Shown: positions 9,120-18,561 of the stretch, piece by piece
Layout: each line of letters opens with the position of its first letter
How positions within the stretch are numbered: position 1 is the first letter of the stretch
DNA from: Candidatus Saccharimonadota bacterium
Lineage (GTDB): Bacteria; Patescibacteriota; Saccharimonadia; Saccharimonadales; Saccharimonadaceae
Assembly: GCA_028286285.1 (NCBI GenBank)
Contig: JAQBRV010000002.1
Span: forward strand, 116,814 to 180,813
Reading direction: 5' to 3'
DNA length: 64,000 bases
Notes under the pieces: generated by a model
What the model saw: only the letters and a program-made list of their open reading frames with translations
Told to the model about the DNA's origin: nothing
Database searches by the model: none
Translations under genes and position numbers: made by a program

Positions 9120-10088
9120 CTAAAGTGGTGGCCCAGTTGACGATGAGTTGTTGGTCGTACCGTTCCAAATCCAGTCGGTGGAGCTACCATCAGCATAATT
9201 ACTCAATGCGGCACCTTCAGTTATCATTACGCTATCGACAAAAAATTGCATCCCAGACGTAACAGCGGCGGCGTTTAGGACATATAGCGCTACATTGCCC
9301 GTCGAAGTTGTTGTGACTGAGCATGATAACCTAATCCATGTATCCTTTGTCGCCGTACTGGCTGAAGAGCATGTCGAGGAGGCAACGCCTGCACCTTGAG
9401 CACTTAATATCGCATTTACAGTAGTTGCCGCTGGTACATATACCCATGTTGATAATATATAGGTCGTACTTGCCTTCATGTTCGCCGGAACCATAAATCC
9501 GGCTGAAACATTCACACCAACCCCACTAGAGCCATAGGTAGGAAACACTGCCTGTGTAGAATACGTACCATTTTTTGCCTGTGTACTTGTGCGGGTAAGT
9601 GTCGTGCCATTTGCACCTACAAAGTTTGTAAGGTTTGATTCGGCTGAAGGATTGAGGCTGACATTCGTGACCGCCCCCACACCCCCCACTCCATGCCCGG
9701 CACAGCCGCCAGCGGTTGGTTTCGTGGACTCGGTTATCTTGTAGCTGGTTGGGCCGGTGGTAGCGGTAATACAGTAGGCACCGTTTGTCCCAGCTGTGTA
9801 TTGGTAGTCAACTGCACTGGCGGTAAAGGCACAGCCCGAACCAGTACTATTGAGTAGCGTATTAAACTCAGCACAGGTTGGTGAGGTCGCTGGAGTATCG
9901 ACTTGCCAGACACTGATCTTCTTGGCTGCTTGAGCAAGGGCTGAACTCACACTACTGACTCGGGCTCGATCCTGGATGCCATTGTAGGCCACGATGGTAA
10001 TCGCTGCTAGGATACCGATCACCACGATCACTATGAGGAGTTCGACGATGGTAAAAGCGGATTGTTTTTTATGTGCCCACATAGACAC
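9120..10088 (-). CDS. Type IV pilin-like protein fused to a CBM4_9-like carbohydrate-binding domain (paralog 1)
   Basis: 322 aa. Prepilin-type N-terminus SAFTIVELLIVIVVIGILAAITIVAYNGIQDRAR. The C-terminal half begins VTNVSLNPSAESNLTNF (compare the NLxxNPSFE start of CBM4_9 modules). Ends WIWNGTTNNSSSTGPPL. Confidence 0.75.
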   Translation of the reverse strand: MSMWAHKKQSAFTIVELLIVIVVIGILAAITIVAYNGIQDRARVSSVSSALAQAAKKISVWQVDTPATSPTCAEFNTLLNSTGSGCAFTASAVDYQYTAGTNGAYCITATTGPTSYKITESTKPTAGGCAGHGVGGVGAVTNVSLNPSAESNLTNFVGANGTTLTRTSTQAKNGTYSTQAVFPTYGSSGVGVNVSAGFMVPANMKASTTYILSTWVYVPAATTVNAILSAQGAGVASSTCSSASTATKDTWIRLSCSVTTTSTGNVALYVLNAAAVTSGMQFFVDSVMITEGAALSNYADGSSTDWIWNGTTNNSSSTGPPL

Positions 10089-10108
10089 CCTTCATTTTAG
10101 CATACGTG

Positions 10109-11089
10109 TTACAACGGTGGACCGGTCGAGGTTGAGCCATTAGTCGTAGTAGTCCAGACCCAGCTAGGGGAGTTGCCGTCGGCGTAAGTATAGGTTCCGT
10201 TTCCGTCGACAAGCATGGCTGCATCAACATCGTATGTGTCACCTGAATTAAAGATGACCGTACTGCCGCTGGAGGGTGTGGTGAGGGTGAGTCTCACGGT
10301 AACTGCGCTGGCAGGTGCCACCCCAGTTGCGGAAATTGGTGTCCACGTATTGGGAGCCATAATGATTGAAGATCCGTTTGAACCACTAATAACGGCACTT
10401 GCAGCATCAAGCCACGATAGCTGGGCATACACATTCTGAGCTCTTGAGGATCGCATATAACCGAGCCCGTAGTACGTCCTGCCGGCTGTAACGGGACTTG
10501 CAATGTAGTAGCCAACATTGATACTGTTGGTCGCCGTATTAGAGAACGTCTTGCGATAATAACCTGAACCGCTATAGCCCCCATCGGTCATGCGGGTCGC
10601 CGTCCCCGTGCCGCTACCACCGTACCAAAGCAATGTCCACCCTGTGGTATTTGCCTCGAGGCTCGGATTGGAGATCAAATTCATGATCGCTGCTACGCCA
10701 CCCACCCCGTGCCCGCTACACCCCCCTGCGGTTGGTTGGGTGTTTTCGGTGATCTTGTAGCTGACACTACCGGTTGTGGCCGTAATACAATAACCAGTGC
10801 CACCACCTGTCTGTGAATATTGAAAAGCGACATCACTCGTGTCGCTCACCCCGGCGGTTGATAGCGAACTTGGCGAGACGCCAGGATTATCCACTTGCCA
10901 GACCGCTATTTTCTTAGCGGCTTGGTTGAGTGCACTACTCACACTACTCACTCGGGCTCGTTGTTGAATGCCATTGTAGGCGACAATGGTGATGGCAGCC
11001 AGAATACCAATCACCACGATGACAATCAGGAGTTCGACGATAGTGAAACCGCTTTTGGTTTTAAACATACGCTTACTATAGTCGAACAC
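10109..11089 (-). CDS. Type IV pilin-like protein fused to a CBM4_9-like carbohydrate-binding domain (paralog 2)
   Basis: 326 aa. The same N-terminal roughly 130 aa as the neighbour (GFTIVELLIVIVVIGILAAITIVAYNGIQQRAR..YCITATTGSVSYKITENTQPTAGGCSGHGVGG), then MNLISNPSLEANTTGWTL. Ends WVWTTTTNGSTSTGPPL. Confidence 0.75.
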   Translation of the reverse strand: MFDYSKRMFKTKSGFTIVELLIVIVVIGILAAITIVAYNGIQQRARVSSVSSALNQAAKKIAVWQVDNPGVSPSSLSTAGVSDTSDVAFQYSQTGGGTGYCITATTGSVSYKITENTQPTAGGCSGHGVGGVAAIMNLISNPSLEANTTGWTLLWYGGSGTGTATRMTDGGYSGSGYYRKTFSNTATNSINVGYYIASPVTAGRTYYGLGYMRSSRAQNVYAQLSWLDAASAVISGSNGSSIIMAPNTWTPISATGVAPASAVTVRLTLTTPSSGSTVIFNSGDTYDVDAAMLVDGNGTYTYADGNSPSWVWTTTTNGSTSTGPPL

Positions 11090-11112
11090 CGAGGTGAAGA
11101 CAAGGAGGTCGC

Positions 11113-12045
11113 CTACAGGCTCGTGGCAATACGGAGAACTTGGTCTTTCGAGAGTGGCGCGTCGCCATCGATGGTGTAGAGAATACCACCATTGACCCAG
11201 GCTGCACTATTTTTATAGGTGTAAATTGTCAGACCGCTTTGAGTGTGCGTACCGTATTCACTGCCTGCTTTTGGCTCGACATAGTTTTCAAGCACCGCGC
11301 TGGAATTGAGGTTGCTGCGCTGTTCATTGATAACGAAACTTTGCGGGCCAGCATTGGCGGCGAAGCGCATACTCACCTTGCCGTCGTTATAGGCAATCGG
11401 ACCATCTAGGCGGTAGCCACTAGGACGATAATCGGGGTATGAGGCGTCAATACCGGCTTGTACGGCGGCAACTCGAATCGAAATCGTTGGCATATTAAGA
11501 TATGTCAGGTAGCCAGCAAGTAATAATACCGCCAGGCTAGCCGAAGAAACGCTGAAAAGTCGCGGGAAACGATGCTTCATCGGTTGTTTGGCCTGTGCTC
11601 TAGTTGGGGTGTTGAGGGCTTTGGCGATAGCTTCATTTTTCAGGACGCGTGAAGGCTGAACGGCTTGAGATTGCTTCTTAGCTGCGTTGGCCTGGTGGGC
11701 TTTTTGTGCGAGGGGGTGCGAGACGGGTCCGATCAAATCGGACTCAGCAACGGGTTGGATAACCACGGGGTGCGACGCGAAGCGACTAATCGATGCGCTA
11801 CGGGCGATATCCATATGCTTACGACCTTGGCTAGGCCGCGGTGTAGTGTTTTTGACTAGGATATGCTTTTTAACGATGTTGCGATTGAGTGTTTTTGATT
11901 TTTGGACAGAGGCGTGAATGCCAATAGATTGAGTACCGACAGGGTCTCCTACTGGTGTCGTTTCTTCAATCGGCGCACTAACTGGAAGTCCGCTCTGAAC
12001 GTCGTAATGCCTGCCATTGATAATAATTGTTTGTTTACCGGCCAT
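11113..12045 (-). CDS. Membrane-anchored hypothetical protein (DUF4367-like C-terminal domain)
   Basis: 310 aa. Central TM helix (LFSVSSASLAVLLLAGYLTYL). The C-terminus ..AAWVNGGILYTIDGDAPLSKDQVLRIATSL resembles DUF4367-type domains. Weak call. Confidence 0.5.
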   Translation of the reverse strand: MAGKQTIIINGRHYDVQSGLPVSAPIEETTPVGDPVGTQSIGIHASVQKSKTLNRNIVKKHILVKNTTPRPSQGRKHMDIARSASISRFASHPVVIQPVAESDLIGPVSHPLAQKAHQANAAKKQSQAVQPSRVLKNEAIAKALNTPTRAQAKQPMKHRFPRLFSVSSASLAVLLLAGYLTYLNMPTISIRVAAVQAGIDASYPDYRPSGYRLDGPIAYNDGKVSMRFAANAGPQSFVINEQRSNLNSSAVLENYVEPKAGSEYGTHTQSGLTIYTYKNSAAWVNGGILYTIDGDAPLSKDQVLRIATSL

Positions 12046-12192
12046 TATCCCCTATTCCCTATTTGGATGATTATATTTATAGTAGTGTTCTTAGCGCTAA
12101 TTTGCAAGTAGTTTTGCAGTATAAGACTCACTCGCTCTCTGATACCCTGGAGCCTATCTGAAAGTGAGTAAGTCCTATATAATAAGAATCAA

Positions 12193-13656
12193 ATGTATCA
12201 CCCACCTTCAAAAAAGAAAGCCATGGCCGCACGTGTCCTCACCTATACCCTGATGAGCGTCAGTGTTGTTACCCTTGTGACGGTGTCGCTACTGTATACA
12301 CTTGGCTATCGGTTTGATACCGAGGATAAGCAGTTGGAGCTCAGCGGATTGGTTCAATTCGCCACCACGCCAACAGGCGCAACCGTGGAAATAGATGGCG
12401 TCAAGCACGATCAGATTACCCCGACGAAAGAAACGGTCACGTCAGGTTCGCACGAATTTGTCATGTGGCGTGAGGGCTATGAAACCTGGCGTAAGACAGT
12501 GTTGACCAATGCGGGTACATTGACCTGGCTCAATTATGCCCGGCTGGTGCCAAAAATCCGTACGGTCGAGAGTGTGGCTTCTATCTCAACCCTCGCCCAA
12601 ACCCTCGCCTCACCGGATAAGCGTTTTATGGCAGCGGTACCCGATGCCTCGAAACCGGTTGTGTCGTTTTATGATTTGACTGCAGATACGGTGAGCGAGA
12701 GCTCTCTAGTACTGACATCGGATAGCTACAGTGATGCTTCTACCCCTCAAACTGTCCACCATTTCGAACTTGATCAGTGGGATCAAAACGGCCGCTACTT
12801 ACTCGTAAAACATACCTACAGCGATAAAGTAGAGTGGCTAGTGATTGATCGTCAGGATGGCAAAATGGTAGCAAATATTACTCGTACATTCGATATGGCG
12901 ATCAGTCAAGCCGTCTTTGCAGATAATAGCGCCACCGTTCTGTATGCCATGGTGGACGGTAATCTTCGCAAGATAAATTTGCGCGAGGCGACCGTTTCAG
13001 CGCCACTGGTAAGTTCGATTACTGAGTTTGATCTCTATAGTGACGTGATCGGCTATGTGCACACACCAGACCCAATCACCGGCAAGCGACAGGTCGGTCT
13101 CATAAAGGATGGCAAGGAACCAGTCTCAATTTATACCTCCACGTCATTAGTGCAGGTGCCTGTCCATATCGCTCTGTCACACTACTTTAATAAAGATTAC
13201 GCCATTGTGTCTGATGGTGCCAAGGTTATCGCTCTGAGTGGTAGCTTCCCAACCACTCAAACAGAACGGAGTCGGCTTAAAACAACCTCGTCGTTTGTGT
13301 TCTCGAGTGATGTTGGGTGGCTACAAATGAGTCCCGCGGGCAGGTTCATTATCGTCCAGAATGCCGCTTCATATGCTGCCTATGATCTTGAAAGAGGAGA
13401 ACTTTCTCCTGTTGCTACGTTGGCCGGTACGACGATACCTCGTGAAGTCGACTGGCTGGATGATTATTATGTATGGTCAGATCGATCGGATACTCTCACT
13501 ATGCGAGAATTCGACGGTGCTAATCAACACACGATTGCACAAGTGGTGACTGGGTTCGATGCAACTCTCAGCCAAAATGGCCGCTGGCTCTACACAATCG
13601 GCAAGCACGCCAGTGGGCACTACCAATTGCAGCGTGTTCGTATGATTCTTCTCTAG
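12193..13656 (+). CDS. PEGA domain-containing membrane-anchored protein with a beta-propeller-like C-terminal region
   Basis: 487 aa. TM anchor, then TTPTGATVEIDGVKHDQITPTKETVTSGSHEFVMWREGYETWRKTV (PEGA motif). Confidence 0.65.
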   Translation: MYHPPSKKKAMAARVLTYTLMSVSVVTLVTVSLLYTLGYRFDTEDKQLELSGLVQFATTPTGATVEIDGVKHDQITPTKETVTSGSHEFVMWREGYETWRKTVLTNAGTLTWLNYARLVPKIRTVESVASISTLAQTLASPDKRFMAAVPDASKPVVSFYDLTADTVSESSLVLTSDSYSDASTPQTVHHFELDQWDQNGRYLLVKHTYSDKVEWLVIDRQDGKMVANITRTFDMAISQAVFADNSATVLYAMVDGNLRKINLREATVSAPLVSSITEFDLYSDVIGYVHTPDPITGKRQVGLIKDGKEPVSIYTSTSLVQVPVHIALSHYFNKDYAIVSDGAKVIALSGSFPTTQTERSRLKTTSSFVFSSDVGWLQMSPAGRFIIVQNAASYAAYDLERGELSPVATLAGTTIPREVDWLDDYYVWSDRSDTLTMREFDGANQHTIAQVVTGFDATLSQNGRWLYTIGKHASGHYQLQRVRMILL

Positions 13657-14822
13657 TTAGCGCCGAACAATCGTTCGAATATCGTCGGAGAGGTTCCGGC
13701 CATTTCGGGTGCAGCTGATGTGCCGGTTGCTTCAGGTGCTTTGGTGGCCGCGGCCGGGCTTGGGTTGACTTGTTCGGCCGTGACGAGCAAGCGTTTTTGA
13801 GCGGTTCCGAGCGGTGTACACGTAATCAGCGTAAGGAGTGGTTTATCTGTAGCGTAGACTAGCCTGCTGACCTCGTTCGGGAGGACTATCTCTTTTTTGG
13901 TAACAATATAGGTGTAGCGGGTACCCTGGTAGTTGGCGTAGACCGCATCGCCAGGCAGTACTTTGTCGAGCTGGGCAAAAATAAATTTATAACTTCCGGT
14001 CTCGATCACGTCGTTACTCGAGTGACCAGCCACGGGCGTATTGCCTACCTGTCCCGGTTTACTGTTAGCACCGGCGATGCCGAAATAGGCCAGACCATTT
14101 TTCATAGCTGCCATCTGCGAGTCGTGGTCAGGTGTGGCATTGTAGTCGACAGGTACATCGACGTTGATCTTCGGGATAATAATATTTGTGAGGGCTGGAT
14201 CAACCGTGGTCGTCAGAGTGGGATCGACAATAATATTCTGAGGATCAATTGTTCCCGGGCTGATGTAGGCCTGGACGTTTGCAATCAGTAGTTGGTTGTA
14301 CTGCAAGAATGCGAAGAGTAGCATGACAGACAGCGCTGCCGCAATTGGGATGAAGTGACGGCTTTTACGGACTTCACCCGCCTTCTTCTGGACAGTATCA
14401 CGTAATTGGTGACGTAGTTCGTGCAGAGCCTGGTCATTATCAACGCTCTGGGGCTCGGCGCTGCCAATCACCTGCTGAACGGGTGCCGTGCCTTGTGCTG
14501 CGATCGCTTGTCGTGCCTGGTGGACGTGGCCGACGTAGTAGCGTTCGTAATATTTTTGGTAATAATCCTGCCAGGCGCTGTGGTATTGCTTCCATTGCCC
14601 TTCAGTAGGCTGTGGCGTTTGCTGATGGGTTCGGTGGTAGGGGTTGGTGGTTTCTTCTGGTGGGGTGTCGGAGGGTTGATTATAGACTGTATCAATCTGG
14701 CTGCGCACGACATTGGCCGCGGCTTCTTGCTGTGCTTTGGCTACGGACAGATTTGCTAAGCCAGCATTTGGCTGAGAATCGGGCTTTAGAGGGTCTGGTG
14801 ACGGTGATGTATCAGGGTGCAT
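13653..14822 (-). CDS. Sortase family transpeptidase with Q/P/Y-rich N-terminal region
   Basis: 389 aa. TM helix IPIAAALSVMLLFAFLQY, VAGHSS and the catalytic TLITCTP (TLxTC) motif. Confidence 0.8.
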   Translation of the reverse strand: MHPDTSPSPDPLKPDSQPNAGLANLSVAKAQQEAAANVVRSQIDTVYNQPSDTPPEETTNPYHRTHQQTPQPTEGQWKQYHSAWQDYYQKYYERYYVGHVHQARQAIAAQGTAPVQQVIGSAEPQSVDNDQALHELRHQLRDTVQKKAGEVRKSRHFIPIAAALSVMLLFAFLQYNQLLIANVQAYISPGTIDPQNIIVDPTLTTTVDPALTNIIIPKINVDVPVDYNATPDHDSQMAAMKNGLAYFGIAGANSKPGQVGNTPVAGHSSNDVIETGSYKFIFAQLDKVLPGDAVYANYQGTRYTYIVTKKEIVLPNEVSRLVYATDKPLLTLITCTPLGTAQKRLLVTAEQVNPSPAAATKAPEATGTSAAPEMAGTSPTIFERLFGAN

Positions 14823-14901
14823 ATCTATAGATTCCTACTACTATTTAGTATACAATACGAAGCGAACCTTAGACAGGTTCGTATTGTTTTATACGTTTGA
14901 T

Positions 14902-14988
14902 GCCGCGATGGCGGAATTGGTAGACGCGCGGGACTCAAAATCCCGTTCCATTAGTGGAGTGAGAGTTCAATTCTCTCTCGCGGCACCA
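14902..14988 (+). tRNA. tRNA-Leu (anticodon CAA), long variable arm, CCA encoded
   Basis: GCCGCGATGGCGGAATTGGTAGACGCGCGGGACTCAAAATCCCGTTCCATTAGTGGAGTGAGAGTTCAATTCTCTCTCGCGGCACCA. Anticodon loop CTCAAAA. Confidence 0.9.
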
Positions 14989-15010
14989 AACATAGGAAAC
15001 GATAAGAATT

Positions 15011-15883
15011 TTAAGTTGGAATAACGCTTATTCGACCGTCAGGTGCAATATACACAAGATTTGATCCTGTATAACGCTCAATCATCCACTGGCTAATCTT
15101 ACGACGTTTTACCTCGTTGGGTCGATCCACAATCCATTCACCGCTTGAACTTTGGTGTATGATGTCCAGATCATGCGTTTGGTTTCGTTTATAAGTCCCA
15201 CTATCACCCCGTATAGTTGCAGGTAATGCAATGGCATCGCCCGGTTTTTTGTACGTCGACCAGACGCGAAACAGATCGCGTAGTTCGCCGCCAAAGCCTC
15301 GAGCATGACGAGGGTCGGTATTATCATGAGTAGCAAGCAGATGCCTGAGTAACAGCTCGCAGATTTCCTCGACTGTTGCGGGGGTAAGCTCTTCACAGGC
15401 GACATCTTTATACGCCTGCTCAAAATCAATTTTTAATTGAAGCCGTTGGCGATAGGTTGTCATATTATCTTCTCCGAGCGCTTGTTGCGCCTGCCGAAGC
15501 GCATTAATGCCTTCGTCAACGAGAGCAATCCGATCGTCCTGCGCATCGATAGCGTTTTTGCCTAGCCGAGGCATGTCGAGTGCTGAAAACGATGCTTCAA
15601 TGAGTGCCGAGCCTGCTAGTTCGTAAAATTCTGCCGCCTCTTCTCCTGGCTGTGATTCCGCAAGGATGAGGTTATTAAGGGCAATGTCAACCAGGGTGCT
15701 ACTCGGTATTCCCCCTATCTTTTTGTCGGCTTTGAAATAATCTTTTGAGGAACGAACCAGAAGGCTATCGCGCCAATATTGCTGGGGTGTCATCAGTACT
15801 TCACTAGTTTCCGGATCAATAATCTGGTGGTTATCAAGTTTGTACCTTCCAGAAGGAAGCTCAAGGGGTAATGTAACAGTCAT
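15011..15883 (-). CDS. Hypothetical protein with a PD-(D/E)xK-like C-terminal motif
   Basis: The track ORF (to 16081) overlaps the upstream gene, so I take the start at MTVTLPLELP (ATG 15883). The C-terminus HDLDIIHQSSSGEWIVDRPNEVKRRK fits a D..(D/E)xK nuclease signature. Sits directly beside tRNA-Leu. Confidence 0.5.
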   Translation of the reverse strand: MTVTLPLELPSGRYKLDNHQIIDPETSEVLMTPQQYWRDSLLVRSSKDYFKADKKIGGIPSSTLVDIALNNLILAESQPGEEAAEFYELAGSALIEASFSALDMPRLGKNAIDAQDDRIALVDEGINALRQAQQALGEDNMTTYRQRLQLKIDFEQAYKDVACEELTPATVEEICELLLRHLLATHDNTDPRHARGFGGELRDLFRVWSTYKKPGDAIALPATIRGDSGTYKRNQTHDLDIIHQSSSGEWIVDRPNEVKRRKISQWMIERYTGSNLVYIAPDGRISVIPT

Positions 15884-15929
15884 TATGTAATAACTATATA
15901 ACAAATATAATTTTGAGCAACATTCAAAT

Positions 15930-16721
15930 CTATATTTGTAAGCTTGTACTAATGGCGGGGATAATATTAGTCTTGTTCCATAGCCAATAACTCGCAGCCT
16001 TAGCTGCCACGCTGCCTCGCCAGATGGCCATTGCATTGTCCCAGGGTTGGCTGACGATATCACCGGCACTCGCCACGACAATGTGGTCTTTGTGTAGCAC
16101 GACGATGGAACATGGGTACGTGATCGTAAATTTATGGAGCGCCTCCACCAGCTGTGCCAGCTGCATGCTGAATGTCAGAATCTTCGGGTAATACACTGAT
16201 TGGAATAATTTCTGTAACTGAGCAAACGATACAACCAGAAGTGTGTCGGGTCGTTCCACGAGTAGCTGGGTGCTATTCTTGACCAGATCGACCGCGTCGC
16301 GTGTTATCGTTAGCATTCCAGTATATTCGCGAACAAAATCTTCGTAGACGATTGCTGTTTCGCTGTTGCGCCCGGCGTCACCAACCAGTAGTACTCCGTC
16401 CGCCCAAGTGCCGAGTGCTTTCATCTCGTGGAAGGCATCTTTGGCAAGGCCACCAGATGGATTGCTGGTAGCAAAAATGACGTCGCTCATCGTGGGTGGG
16501 ATGGTTTTTTTCAGGACATCGGGCAGCAGTACTTTGACGATTCCGACGCCTGCTGAGAGCGTTTGACTGTAGCTTTCGGCTACCCCAGCAAAGCCGAGCT
16601 TATTGCCGCCAATGACGGCGAGTTTACCAGCCTGATCACGACGCTCGGGTTTACCCCATTCGATATCAGGAAAAAGTGGCTTGCCTGCTTCTTGAGTTTG
16701 CCAGTACGTGTGAGCATCCAT
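15930..16721 (-). CDS. YjeF_C-like (ribokinase-fold, NAD(P)HX dehydratase-related) protein, divergent
   Basis: 263 aa. GKLAVIGGNKLGFAGVA, ADGVLLVGDAGRNSET and LTITRDAVDL are collinear with YjeF C-terminal domains. The usual GxGDxLxG motif is not visible. Confidence 0.45.
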   Translation of the reverse strand: MDAHTYWQTQEAGKPLFPDIEWGKPERRDQAGKLAVIGGNKLGFAGVAESYSQTLSAGVGIVKVLLPDVLKKTIPPTMSDVIFATSNPSGGLAKDAFHEMKALGTWADGVLLVGDAGRNSETAIVYEDFVREYTGMLTITRDAVDLVKNSTQLLVERPDTLLVVSFAQLQKLFQSVYYPKILTFSMQLAQLVEALHKFTITYPCSIVVLHKDHIVVASAGDIVSQPWDNAMAIWRGSVAAKAASYWLWNKTNIIPAISTSLQI

Positions 16722-16735
16722 GGGGTGTCTGTGAT

Positions 16736-17584
16736 CTATGATCGAATGTAGCTTACGTATGCCACAAGACCGCCGACGAGCAAGAGTAAGACCAGAAGAC
16801 CAAGAGGAATAAGAAGAGTCAACCAGGACAGTACATGGGCAGCTGGTTTTTTGGCTTTTGCTGCATCGAACGCATTTAGCTGGCGATACAGGACAGCGAC
16901 CGTACCTGGTTGCAAGATAGCCTGGAGCATGCCAAGTGTGACAATATTAAACAGCGCGAATGAACTGAAGGTCGTAAGCCAGGCTCCTTTGACGAGACGA
17001 CTACTGTGTTTAGTGGCAGCATTGGCACCGAGACCTTTTTCAAAAAAGGCTGCGCCAGACAATGAGTAACGCACCGCCATGATGATACCTGGCACGATGA
17101 GTAACAGTGACCACAGGAAGACCTTAATACCTATCAGGATGTTGAGCCACAAATAGCCAAAGAATCGGCGGAGGACGCCTTTGAGGGCTTCTTGCAGCGT
17201 CACAGTCTTGCCTTTGGCAAGTTGGGCGGCCGTATAATCAAATACACCAGCGATAAGGGTTGAGACAAAAATAAGAACTAGGAGTACTATGAGCCCAACG
17301 CCGACAAATACAGCGACTTCTTCCCTCGAGATGGATTCAAAGAAGTTATTAACGGTCTGCTCGGACGCTTTATCATCCATCATTCGCTCATCTGAGGGGC
17401 TGTTGGCACCGGTGCTTATATCGACTGCGGTTTGTGCCATATTACCAAATAGTGAGAGGCAGGCCAAAACAATAGCTAGGATTGCTACCGGCATCGCCTT
17501 CTTGAATAGTAGTGTTAATCCGTCGGTTGCGACAAAGAATGGATTATTTTGGTAATTGGGTTTTTGCTGTTTGGCTGTAGCCAC
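16736..17584 (-). CDS. Integral membrane protein, function unknown
   Basis: 282 aa with about 6 hydrophobic helices. No catalytic motif recognised. Confidence 0.55.
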   Translation of the reverse strand: MATAKQQKPNYQNNPFFVATDGLTLLFKKAMPVAILAIVLACLSLFGNMAQTAVDISTGANSPSDERMMDDKASEQTVNNFFESISREEVAVFVGVGLIVLLVLIFVSTLIAGVFDYTAAQLAKGKTVTLQEALKGVLRRFFGYLWLNILIGIKVFLWSLLLIVPGIIMAVRYSLSGAAFFEKGLGANAATKHSSRLVKGAWLTTFSSFALFNIVTLGMLQAILQPGTVAVLYRQLNAFDAAKAKKPAAHVLSWLTLLIPLGLLVLLLLVGGLVAYVSYIRS

Positions 17585-17625
17585 AAGATTGCTCCTTGAT
17601 TAGTTGTATCTTCATAGTATCAGAT

Positions 17626-18429
17626 TCAGGTCAATTTCAGCTCAATACTGACCGGACAGTGATCTGACCCTGGGACATCGGGATGAATCTTAGCTTCAAT
17701 CACCGAGTCGGCGATCGATTGACTGGCGAGCCAGTAGTCGATCCGCCAGCCGACATTGCGAGCGCGAGCGTTGGCCCAGTGCGTCCACCAACTGTACGCT
17801 TCGGTCGTATCGGGGTACTTGGCACGAAAGGTGTCGACGAAACCGGCGGCTTCAAAGGTGTCAAAGCCTTCTCGTTCTTCGTTGGTAAAGCCGTGTTTAC
17901 CAACGTTTGGCGCTGGGTTAGCCAGATCGATCTCGTTATGGGCGACATTAAGATCACCAGAAAATAAGACTGGTTTTGTTTTTTCGAGCTCTTTGAGGTG
18001 CTCTAAAAAGGCCGGATCCCACTGCTTGTGGCGGAGTTCGAGCCGACTGAGATCACCTTTTGAATTGGGTGTATAGACCGTGACGACCCAAAACTCATCA
18101 AATTCGGCCGAGATTACGCGCCCTTCTTTGGTCGGGTCACCGTAACTATCCCCCGCTAAATGGTATTTTTCGGCGATAGCATCAGCGAAACCGTTGATGA
18201 CGCTGAAGGGTTTTACTTTGCTGAAAATTGCCGTGCCGCTGTAACCGGCTTTATCGGCACTATTCCAGTACTTGTAGTAGTCTGGCAAATCGAGCTCGGC
18301 TTGATCCTCCCTGGCCTTCATTTCCTGCAGACACAGGATATCTGGCTGTTCGTTTTTGATAAATTCTTGAAATGTTCCTTTTTTGAGGACTGCCCGAATG
18401 CCGTTGACGTTCCATGAGTATAACTTCAT
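17626..18429 (-). CDS. xth: Exodeoxyribonuclease III
   Basis: Start taken at MKLYSWNVNGIRAV (ATG 18429). QEMK, NVAHNEIDL and the C-terminal PGSDHCPV are typical of the ExoIII/APE1 family. Confidence 0.9.
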   Translation of the reverse strand: MKLYSWNVNGIRAVLKKGTFQEFIKNEQPDILCLQEMKAREDQAELDLPDYYKYWNSADKAGYSGTAIFSKVKPFSVINGFADAIAEKYHLAGDSYGDPTKEGRVISAEFDEFWVVTVYTPNSKGDLSRLELRHKQWDPAFLEHLKELEKTKPVLFSGDLNVAHNEIDLANPAPNVGKHGFTNEEREGFDTFEAAGFVDTFRAKYPDTTEAYSWWTHWANARARNVGWRIDYWLASQSIADSVIEAKIHPDVPGSDHCPVSIELKLT

Positions 18430-18561
18430 GAGACTAGTATAGCGTATTTCACACTTGGCTCTACGACCTAAAGCAGAGTGTGAAATCGACAAGCCATGAT
18501 TCATAGCGTGCCCGAGAACGCCAACGGAAGCAATTCACTCCCGTTGGCGTTCTGCCGTGTG

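Noticed and set aside
15884-16081. N-terminal extension of ORF 15011-16081. Similar upstream extensions occur in 17626-18504, 31686-32696, 53645-54103, 55666-56052, 58059-58574, 58483-59004, 59154-59765 and 59738-60940.
   Set aside because: The extensions overlap neighbouring genes or junction boxes and read as non-protein-like sequence. In each case an internal ATG gives a sensible N-terminus.
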